Source: Saprospiraceae bacterium (lineage in GTDB: Bacteria > Bacteroidota > Bacteroidia > Chitinophagales > Saprospiraceae). From it: 64,000 bases of DNA. The notes below the pieces were generated by a model. The model had not been told where the DNA came from. It ran no database searches and worked only from the letters and a program-made list of their open reading frames with translations. Positions 56,825-64,000 of the stretch are shown in pieces. Position numbers and translations under genes: made by a program. The stretch covers positions 11,218 through 75,217 of the forward strand of contig JAZGFD010000085.1 in the NCBI GenBank assembly GCA_036479115.1, read 5' to 3'. Each line of letters starts with the position of its first letter. The first letter of the stretch is position 1.

Positions 56825-57386
56825 CTGCTTTTTTAAGTGCTATGAAACAGCGTGATGCTGCTATAACATCAGCTCTGGCGTTACCAGAGGGGGAGAATCC
56901 TTGTTTGAAAATAGTCGTATGCATCTCCTGAAGTGAGGGCCATTTGTATCCACCTCTTTTACCTTCTAATTTGCAATAGAAGGTAGCCTCATGCATAAGG
57001 CAATAAGATTCTTTATGTGCTAAAAAATTACCCATGGCATTGCGATAACATTCTGCGCCTACTATTGATCCATTTAGCTTAAGATTATGAGCAAATATAT
57101 ATTGTGCTTTATCACTAGAAGCCATTAATTTTTCTAGGACTTTTGGTAGCTCATTTCCATTGTTATTGAATTCATCCGTTTCTACATGGATATTTTTTAT
57201 CAGCTTTTCATTGATAGTATAGTCATCTGGAGTAATTAAATAATTGTGATCTTCTATAGGTTTAAGATCTTCTCCTAAAAGTATCCAGCTGATGTGCATA
57301 ATTCTTGGCCAGTTTGATACTTTTGAGATATCCGCTTTATATGTCTTTGGTTTTCCTGCTGTTGATGTGTCAAATATTAAGTACAT
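56787..57386 (-). CDS. DEDDh exonuclease-like protein with substituted catalytic residues
   Basis: Layout follows DnaQ-like ExoI/II/III. ExoI reads IFDTSTAG (DxE becomes DxS). ExoII reads AHNLKLNGS (D becomes N). ExoIII reads SGNARADV (Hx4D becomes Gx4D). It sits between hemC and hemD and overlaps hemD by 38 nt. Confidence 0.55.
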   Translation of the reverse strand: MYLIFDTSTAGKPKTYKADISKVSNWPRIMHISWILLGEDLKPIEDHNYLITPDDYTINEKLIKNIHVETDEFNNNGNELPKVLEKLMASSDKAQYIFAHNLKLNGSIVGAECYRNAMGNFLAHKESYCLMHEATFYCKLEGKRGGYKWPSLQEMHTTIFKQGFSPSGNARADVIAASRCFIALKKAGAFEDIFFSEEV

Positions 57387-57395
57387 GTGTCAAAA

Positions 57396-58304
57396 TTATG
57401 TGGTCATTTTTAATTTTGTCGCTACTCTCTCTGCGAGATTTGATACCGTAGATTGTGATATTTTGACTGAGAGCAATGGCACATCAGCCCCATTAGAAAA
57501 GGCGGCATGACAATGATAATTAAGCGCGATATCTCTGTAGCAATATACCCCTAAAGGGACTTGGCAACCACCATCCATTAATTTGAGCACTTTACGCTCC
57601 ACGTTTATACTAGGCAGAAGGTGAGTACAATGCATTGTTTTTAACAGCCGCCTCATTTTTAAATCATCCTTTCTACATTGATAAGCCAATACGCCTTGGG
57701 CGGGTGCAGAAGGAAATTCTGTAGGGTCTAATTCGATTACCATATGGGCTGAAAGGTCAATTCCTAAACGTTCTACCCCTGCAGCAGCCAGTACAATGGC
57801 GTCTAGTTCAGCATCATTTTCAAGTTTTAATATTCGAGTAGGCACATTGCCTCTTATGTCCTTAAAAAATACATCCTGCTGAAAATTACGAAGTAGTACT
57901 TTGCGCCTAATTGAAGATGTTCCTATTTTCCCATTGCTTTTAATTTTCAAAGGATTAGATAAGTCAATGCTTTTATTTTGAATGATAAGGATGTCTGCTG
58001 GATTAGCACGTTCTGATATGCCTCCTATTACTAAACCAGATGGCTGTGTAGTAGGTAAATCCTTCATAGAATGAATGGCTACATCTACACTATTGGTAAT
58101 AAGTGCATCCTCTATTTCTTTTGTAAAAAAACCTTTCCCTTCTAGTTTGTCAAAACCCACATTTTGAATTAAATCACCTTTGGTTTTAATGATTTTTATT
58201 TCAGACTCGATTCCTTTATTTACCAAAAGAGATTGAAAAAAATTTGCTTGCCATAGTGCCAACTTGCTCCCTCTTGATCCTATTCTTACTATTTCTTTTC
58301 TCAT
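57396..58304 (-). CDS. hemC: Hydroxymethylbilane synthase (porphobilinogen deaminase)
   Basis: RIGSRGSKLALWQA, IKTKGD, HSMKDLP and RGNVPTR motifs. Confidence 0.92.
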   Translation of the reverse strand: MRKEIVRIGSRGSKLALWQANFFQSLLVNKGIESEIKIIKTKGDLIQNVGFDKLEGKGFFTKEIEDALITNSVDVAIHSMKDLPTTQPSGLVIGGISERANPADILIIQNKSIDLSNPLKIKSNGKIGTSSIRRKVLLRNFQQDVFFKDIRGNVPTRILKLENDAELDAIVLAAAGVERLGIDLSAHMVIELDPTEFPSAPAQGVLAYQCRKDDLKMRRLLKTMHCTHLLPSINVERKVLKLMDGGCQVPLGVYCYRDIALNYHCHAAFSNGADVPLLSVKISQSTVSNLAERVATKLKMTT

Positions 58305-58449
58305 TGCTGCAAAAGTCTGTTTTTATTTGAACTAAAGAAAGTAGAATTTTTTATTCTTTCTTTTAAAGGCCAAATTGTGTGGAATATATCAATCTCTGCT
58401 ATTAACGAAAAATAAAATAAACATTTGAAGATAAAGTTATCTTTAACTT

Positions 58450-59517
58450 ATGAAAATTGTTGCCCAAAGCGCCTCTGATATTGCACTTCTAACCAATGGT
58501 AGAATAGAAGGGGATTCGGATAGAAAAATATGTAATATTTGTAAAATTAATGAACCACAGCCCAATTCTCTATGCTTTTTAGCGAATCTTAAGTATGAAA
58601 AATTCCTCTATTCTAATCATTCGATGACAGTATTAGTGGAAGAAGGATTTATTCCAAAATTAACATCCAAGAATACATTGATATATGTCAATGATGTTTA
58701 TGCGAAATTTTCAAAAGTTTTAAAATTGTATTCAAAAAATGAAAATTTAGTATTTGAAATTGATAAACTTTCTGCTGTATCTAAAAATACTGTGATAGGC
58801 AAACGTGTAAATATTGGAAAGTTTACCGTCGTGCAAGAAGGCTCAGAAATAGGTGACGGGAGTAATATTATGGATCAAGTCTATATAGGGAAAAATGTAA
58901 TAATTGGGAATAATGTACTTATTTATCCTGGTGTGAAAATCTATGATCTAACGGTCATAGGAGATGATGTAGTTATTCATTCCAATGCTGTGATAGGAAG
59001 TGACGGTTTTGGATTTTCTGTCAAAGAAAAGGAATATGATAAAATTCCACAAATAGGAAATGTCATTATAGAAGGCAAAGTAGAAATTGGTAGCTGTACT
59101 ACTATTGATAGGGCCACCATTGGTTCCACATTAATAAAAAAAGGCGCTAAACTTGATAATCTTATCCAAATAGGACACAATGTAGTGATAGGAGAACATG
59201 CTGTTATTGCTGCCCAGACTGGGATTGCAGGCAGTACTGAGATTGGGGCTGGGAGTATGCTCGGAGGACAAGTAGGCATAGCTGGCCACTTAAAAATTGC
59301 TCCTTATTCTCAGATACAAGCAAAATCTGGAGTAGCATCCTCTATTGTAGATTCTGGTAAAAAATGGTATGGATATCCTATTCTTCCATATACAGATTAT
59401 CTAAAGTCATATTCTGTTTTTAAAATACTACCCAGGCTACTAAAAAGAATAGTAGAGATAGAAGAAAAACTAAAGAATGTATCTTTTAAAAATGAAAGAA
59501 ATAATAGTGATTTCTGA
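58450..59517 (+). CDS. lpxD: UDP-3-O-acylglucosamine N-acyltransferase
   Basis: N-terminal LpxD domain, then a long left-handed beta-helix with hexapeptide repeats (IGDGSNI, IGKNVIIGNNVLI, IGDDVVIHSNAVIGSDGFGF, IGHNVVIGEHAVIAAQTGIAGS). Confidence 0.9.
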   Translation: MKIVAQSASDIALLTNGRIEGDSDRKICNICKINEPQPNSLCFLANLKYEKFLYSNHSMTVLVEEGFIPKLTSKNTLIYVNDVYAKFSKVLKLYSKNENLVFEIDKLSAVSKNTVIGKRVNIGKFTVVQEGSEIGDGSNIMDQVYIGKNVIIGNNVLIYPGVKIYDLTVIGDDVVIHSNAVIGSDGFGFSVKEKEYDKIPQIGNVIIEGKVEIGSCTTIDRATIGSTLIKKGAKLDNLIQIGHNVVIGEHAVIAAQTGIAGSTEIGAGSMLGGQVGIAGHLKIAPYSQIQAKSGVASSIVDSGKKWYGYPILPYTDYLKSYSVFKILPRLLKRIVEIEEKLKNVSFKNERNNSDF

Positions 59518-59659
59518 AGTAGTGTGATTTTGAGAAGAAAAATGCTATTATTATTTTAATAAGCACATTTATTAATTGCAGGGTTATTAAAATTAATAAC
59601 AGAAGTATAGCGAGAAAAGAGCTTTTTCAATCCAAAATTGATACCATCTGAGGAGTTAT
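59508..59659 (-). mobile_element. Family-1 MITE-like element (subtype 1b, reverse orientation, degenerate end overlapping the lpxD stop)
   Basis: GTGATTTCTGAAGTAGTGTGATTTTGAGAAG...CCAAAATTGATACCATCTGAGGAGTTAT. It is collinear with the reverse complement of 46859-47021. Confidence 0.65.
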
Positions 59660-59672
59660 AATAATATATTAT

Positions 59673-59834
59673 TGAGCCCACTCCGGAAACACACAAAATT
59701 AAAAAAGTTTCTTTTGGCGATCTTTATATTTTTTTCAATTAGCTGATACTCAGGCATCACCGAATCTCAATAAATGTAAATCACATCCAAAACAACTCAT
59801 TTTGTGAAAAATGTCTGTTACCGGAGTGGACTCA
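59673..59834 (+). mobile_element. Family-2 MITE-like element with perfect 4-bp duplication TTAT and the best-preserved termini
   Basis: Termini TGAGCCCACTCCGGAAAC and TTACCGGAGTGGACTCA, matching 16 of 18 nt as inverted repeats (positions 1-4 and 6-15 form uninterrupted perfect runs). TTAT occurs at 59669-72 and 59835-38. Confidence 0.85.
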
Positions 59835-59870
59835 TTATTGAAAAATAATATGCTGATGCAAGGAGAAAAA

Positions 59871-60887
59871 TTAAAATAGAAGCCACTTTTTTGCATTTTC
59901 AACCCAATCATTTTTATTGTCTAATGTAGCCGACAATGGAAGTTGAGCAACTCCTAGAATCCGCCTTAATATTTCCACCCCTCCAAATGAAAAAACCAAA
60001 TCACTGTTGATCAATTTGTTTTTTTCAATTTGTGCAATAAAGTATTTCAAAATATTTTCTTGTTGTTTGGACATAAATAGATGAGCCAATAAAACGCCCC
60101 AATCAAATTCGGCTGGTCCAATAAAGGAAAATTCGGCATCAATTACCTTTAGACCAAACTCAGTTTTCATAAAACTCCCTGGGTAAAAATCTCCATGAAT
60201 TAATACAGAATGTTTTGAGTATAGATAATAAGCACCCAGTGCCTTAATTTTATTTACCAGTTTTTCATCGCTTATTACAGATTCAGCAAGAGAAGAAAGG
60301 CCAGATTGGATTTCATCAAGTGAAAGGCCATTATCGGGTTTAAATGGAAGGTCAAAAATGTGTTCATGATTGAGATGTCTCATTGCATAATTGTCGGGAT
60401 ATGACTGAATAGTAATACCGTGTAGATTGTTTAAATAGTTACAGAGTGTAGCTATTTCAAACGTACTTATACTTTTCCCTGAATACAAATGAGAATAATC
60501 AGAATTATCTCCTAAGTCACTCATTATCAGCATGTAGTGATGTGGGAAATGGCCTAGTAGGAGAGGAGAATGAGCTGATAATATCGGATCATGATTGGTT
60601 ATTTTAATAAATTTAGCTTCTACATTTATTCGACCTATCGGAGCTGCAATATGAGGATATTTTTCAACCCAAGGCCTCGATTGTTTTATAATAATAGATC
60701 GATTGGTGGTTACAGCTCTGATCACACAATTCATATTCCCATCACCTGCCTTTGAAAGTGTCTTTAGCATTTCTTTTGACCCAAGTATGCCTTTGGATTG
60801 TAATAATGATTGTAATTTTAGTTTATGGTTTTTGGATAAGAAAATACTGTTAGGATGAAGTTTTAAAAACTGTCTTTCTCCACTCAT
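59871..60887 (-). CDS. Aminoglycoside-phosphotransferase-fold kinase resembling S-methyl-5-thioribose kinase
   Basis: AGDGNMNCVIRAV...IIKQSRPWV (nucleotide-binding lobe). LIHGDFYPGS catalytic loop. VIDAEFSFIGPAEFDWG (DxE/F activation segment). Confidence 0.6.
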   Translation of the reverse strand: MSGERQFLKLHPNSIFLSKNHKLKLQSLLQSKGILGSKEMLKTLSKAGDGNMNCVIRAVTTNRSIIIKQSRPWVEKYPHIAAPIGRINVEAKFIKITNHDPILSAHSPLLLGHFPHHYMLIMSDLGDNSDYSHLYSGKSISTFEIATLCNYLNNLHGITIQSYPDNYAMRHLNHEHIFDLPFKPDNGLSLDEIQSGLSSLAESVISDEKLVNKIKALGAYYLYSKHSVLIHGDFYPGSFMKTEFGLKVIDAEFSFIGPAEFDWGVLLAHLFMSKQQENILKYFIAQIEKNKLINSDLVFSFGGVEILRRILGVAQLPLSATLDNKNDWVENAKKWLLF

Positions 60888-60976
60888 TTGCCATTAATTT
60901 TTTCGATTTCCACTTAACAATTGGGAAAATTACGAGAAAATTAGAAAATTGTGGTTCATTTTAAAATTACACTCTC

Positions 60977-63217
60977 ATGATGCGGATATTATTTCTATTT
61001 CTGTTTTTATTCAGTGCCCACTATTCAGTATCTTCTCAAGGTGAAAATGCCAAGAGTATTTCTGTAATAATTGATGCCGATACCGCAAATGAAATTGATG
61101 ATATATACGCTATTGTCAGAGCGCTGTCAGCTCCAGAAATAAATGTAGTCGGCATTACTTCTGCTCATTTTGTTAATAGTCCTTTAGCTTCTAACAATTC
61201 TGTTTTGGAAAGTCAAAAAGTCAACGAAGCCATTTTAGATTTAATGAATATCAAAGATATTGATTTGCCTTTAGGCAGCAATCTCCCATTGCAAAATGAA
61301 TCGACTCCTCAAATATCTCAGGCAGCAGAATATATAGTGGTTAAGGCAAATGAAATGAAAGATGGGGAGAGATTACAAGTTGTAGTCCTCGGCCCTTGTA
61401 CTAATGTGGCCAGTGCAATTCTTATAGATTCATCTATTGTTGACAAAATAGAAGTGTCATACATTGGATTTTGGCACGATAGGGAGAAAGAAACATGGAG
61501 CAAGCTTGAGTTTAATTCTGGCAATGACATCAAGGCTGTAAATGTAATTATGAACACTCCAAGAATAAAGTTTAATTCAATGACAGCTACTACCTCAGGT
61601 AAGTTAATATTTGAGATGGAGAATGCCAGAAATCATCTTTTTGGTAGAGGAGGTATCAAGTCGTTTATGTTTAACAGATGGCTGAATCACAAACGATGGT
61701 GGAGCAAAGATGATCCTAAAAAGAGCCAATGGAATATGTGGGATTTAGCGATTATAGAAGCTCTCATAGACCCAAATAAAGCCAGTATTGAGATACTAGA
61801 TGGGCCACTTCCTAATAATGGCGAAAAGATCAATGTATATACTGCGATTGATGTGGGTGCCATGAAAAAGTCATTTTGGGAAGCGATTGATAAAATGCAA
61901 AATCAGAACGAGCAAAAGTACCTAATCAAATCAGTAAATATTGTTGATCCATCTTCTGGGACGATAACTTATAATAAAGATGTGGTTGTGGAATATGGTA
62001 GAATAAAGTCATTTTCTGCCCCAGATAATATGAATGAGAACGAAGAATGTATTACCATCAATGGATCTGGCAATTTCTTGATGCCAGGGTTAAGTGAAAT
62101 GCATGCTCATATACCTGTCCCTGATGAAGATTTGGGAGAAGATTATGTGCAAGATGTTATGCACTTATACCTTGCAAATGGAGTCACCGTAATTAGAGGA
62201 ATGCTAGGAAATCCATATCATATAGAACTAAAAAAGAAACTGCTTAGTGGTGAGATCATAGGCCCACGGATGTACACATCCAGTCCGTCAATGAATGGGA
62301 ATAGTATTCCTGATAGTGTTGTGGCCCGAGAGAAAGTAAAAAGTGCGTCATTGAAAGGCTATGATTTTTTAAAAATTCATCCTGGTATCAAAGCTGATGT
62401 GATGGCCACTTTGGTAGACGAAGCAAATAATGTCGGGATAGGGTTTTCTGGTCATGTACCTTTTGATGTGGGGATCAGAAACGCATTAAAATACAAATAC
62501 AGTACAGTGGATCATGTAGATGGATACATCAGAGGGATGGTGCCAGATGATGAAAATATCACAAGTGAAGATGTTGGTTTTTTCGGATATGGTCTTATTA
62601 AAAAAGTGAGATTGAGCAAAAGATTTGAATTAGCAAAACTGGCAAAAGCACAGCAAGTTTGGCAAGTACCTACTCAAAGTCTTTTTGCTAGATGGTTTTC
62701 GCCTACTTCAGCAGCTGAAATGATGGCTGCCCAAGAATTTTCATACATACCGGCTAAAATTCGCTTTACATGGCGTACCAATAAGGACAGAATGATAGCT
62801 GAGAAATCTTATACAAAAAGAGGGCATAAGAGATTTATGAGAATACGAAAAAAAATGATACAGGCTTTGCATCAATCTGGAGTACAGTTTCTATTGGGAT
62901 CAGATTCACCACAGGTTATGAATGTCCCAGGCTATTCTATTCATCATGAGATAGATGCTTTGAAAGATTGTGGCCTTTCATCTTTTGATATTATAAAAAT
63001 GGGAACTATTAATCCAGCTATATTCTTCGACGAAATTGATCGGTTTGGTTCAATAAAAATAGGAGCGGATGCGGATTTTATAATCGTAGAGCAAAACCCA
63101 TTTGATCGATTAGAAACCATGCGATTGCCATTGGGCACTATGATACAAGGGAGATGGTTGGATCGTGAATATTTTAATAAAACGCTTGAAAAAATAGAGA
63201 CTAAATTTAAAGAATAG
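60977..63217 (+). CDS. Secreted fusion protein: N-terminal inosine-uridine-preferring nucleoside hydrolase-like domain + C-terminal metal-dependent amidohydrolase domain
   Basis: Signal peptide MMRILFLFLFLFSAHYSVSSQ. IUNH aspartate cluster VIIDADTANEIDDIYAI. From ~residue 330 an amidohydrolase follows, with MPGLSEMHAHIP (HxH), GHVP, DHVDG, LGSDSP and C-terminal GADADFIIVEQNPF. Confidence 0.7.
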   Translation: MMRILFLFLFLFSAHYSVSSQGENAKSISVIIDADTANEIDDIYAIVRALSAPEINVVGITSAHFVNSPLASNNSVLESQKVNEAILDLMNIKDIDLPLGSNLPLQNESTPQISQAAEYIVVKANEMKDGERLQVVVLGPCTNVASAILIDSSIVDKIEVSYIGFWHDREKETWSKLEFNSGNDIKAVNVIMNTPRIKFNSMTATTSGKLIFEMENARNHLFGRGGIKSFMFNRWLNHKRWWSKDDPKKSQWNMWDLAIIEALIDPNKASIEILDGPLPNNGEKINVYTAIDVGAMKKSFWEAIDKMQNQNEQKYLIKSVNIVDPSSGTITYNKDVVVEYGRIKSFSAPDNMNENEECITINGSGNFLMPGLSEMHAHIPVPDEDLGEDYVQDVMHLYLANGVTVIRGMLGNPYHIELKKKLLSGEIIGPRMYTSSPSMNGNSIPDSVVAREKVKSASLKGYDFLKIHPGIKADVMATLVDEANNVGIGFSGHVPFDVGIRNALKYKYSTVDHVDGYIRGMVPDDENITSEDVGFFGYGLIKKVRLSKRFELAKLAKAQQVWQVPTQSLFARWFSPTSAAEMMAAQEFSYIPAKIRFTWRTNKDRMIAEKSYTKRGHKRFMRIRKKMIQALHQSGVQFLLGSDSPQVMNVPGYSIHHEIDALKDCGLSSFDIIKMGTINPAIFFDEIDRFGSIKIGADADFIIVEQNPFDRLETMRLPLGTMIQGRWLDREYFNKTLEKIETKFKE

Positions 63218-63528
63218 TAGAATTTGGTGTGACTACAATAGTGTGCGCTTATACGGTAAAAAATTGTAATATGTTTATCAGTTAAATCTCATTAGAGATG
63301 GAAAATGAAGATATGAAGACATAAATTGTATGTACAGCAATGTAAAGTAGATTCGATTATAAATGAACGAATAAATGAGTGGTCAATTAAGATGCATTAA
63401 CACATGAAATAAGTTAATAATAGCAGGGTAAATGCATTGATAATAGCTGACATATGGTAGAAAAATTTTTTACAAAAAATAGGCCTCTAAGGGTCGTTAC
63501 GAAAATGATAAAAAACAATTTTGACACT

Positions 63529-64000
63529 TCATCTCAAAGCTGCGAGTAACGCTTTTTTTACAACATCAGAAGGTGCAGCTCCTTTTGATTTTCGCATGGC
63601 CTGCCCTATTAAAAAACCCAACACCTTTTTCTTACCATTGCGATACTCCTCAGCTTGTGCTGTGTTTTCACTGAGTACTTCGGCTATGATTTTTTTTATA
63701 GCATTGTTGTCTTTGATGTGAATTATTCCTATTGATTTTGCTATCTCTAGAGGTGCAGCCTTAGGGTTTTTTATCATTTTAGACCAAAGCTTTTGATAAG
63801 CTACAGAAGCACTTACTGTATTGGTCTTAATAAGATTTAGAAAAGAAACAATAGTATCATTTGAAACTGGAATCTTATTTAACCCAATATTACCAAAACT
63901 AGGAATTATTTTATTAATAATTAAGTTAGCCATGAGTTTCGGATCAGCTCCTTCTTCTACTAATTTGAAGAAGTAATCAGCCACTTCCTTATCTGCTGAC
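63529..64000 (-). CDS. gatB: Asp-tRNA(Asn)/Glu-tRNA(Gln) amidotransferase subunit B, C-terminal part (N-terminus beyond window end)
   Basis: GatB/YqeY tail domain: ADYFFKLVEEGADPKLMANLIIN...AEEYRNGKKKVLGFLIGQAMRKSKGAAPSDVVKKAL. The ORF is open at position 64000. Confidence 0.85.
   Translation of the reverse strand, partial: SADKEVADYFFKLVEEGADPKLMANLIINKIIPSFGNIGLNKIPVSNDTIVSFLNLIKTNTVSASVAYQKLWSKMIKNPKAAPLEIAKSIGIIHIKDNNAIKKIIAEVLSENTAQAEEYRNGKKKVLGFLIGQAMRKSKGAAPSDVVKKALLAALR

Noticed and set aside
1-64000. tRNA, rRNA, tmRNA or riboswitch genes
   Set aside because: No cloverleaf-like or otherwise recognisable structured-RNA sequence was seen in the spacers, which are largely accounted for by the repeat families. 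A covariance-model scan (Infernal/Rfam, tRNAscan-SE) would be needed to exclude them formally.

Overview
AT-rich chromosomal segment with Bacteroidota hallmarks: a T9SS sorting-domain protein, TAnnTTTG-type promoter motifs and arrays of double-FtsX MacB-like permeases. No rRNA, tRNA or CRISPR array was recognised.

Gene content:
- 1-13445 (minus strand): a MacAB-like efflux locus. It has a HlyD/MacA adaptor, a small coupled membrane ORF, two ABC ATPases, four intact ~800-aa FtsX permease paralogs and two decayed permease remnants. A four-helix-bundle pseudogene sits inside it.
- 14226-15176: a RES-Xre toxin-antitoxin pair.
- 15640-18377: a sigma-54-type response regulator and a histidine kinase.
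- 18991-20250: a frameshifted outer-membrane beta-barrel pseudogene.
- 20833-25636: KorAB 2-oxoacid:ferredoxin oxidoreductase with a GltD-like/ferredoxin fusion.
- 25642-32779: a complete propionyl-CoA to succinyl-CoA operon.
- 33147-64000: housekeeping genes, including acyl-CoA dehydrogenase, add, a Crp-family regulator, M28 peptidase, a TolB-like protein, YggS, deoxynucleoside kinase, gatC, thrC, recN, hemC/hemD, lpxD and gatB.

The most unusual feature is non-coding. Almost every spacer longer than ~150 bp holds one of two unrelated MITE-like families.
- Family 1 is ~160 bp, has GTAACTACTCAGGTGG inverted termini and is flanked by 8-bp target duplications.
- Family 2 is ~165-210 bp, has TGAGTCCACTCCGGAAA inverted termini and is flanked by 4-bp target duplications.
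- A 55-bp module occurs inside members of both families and is amplified in tandem (x2, x3).

Other points worth a second look:
- the toxin-antitoxin cassette is bracketed by same-orientation family-1 copies;
- one family-1 copy is nested in a family-2 terminus;
- the four-helix-bundle pseudogene carries three in-frame stops but no frameshift;
- an exonuclease-like ORF has lost its catalytic residues;
- a secreted nucleoside-hydrolase/amidohydrolase fusion lies next to an MtnK-like kinase.
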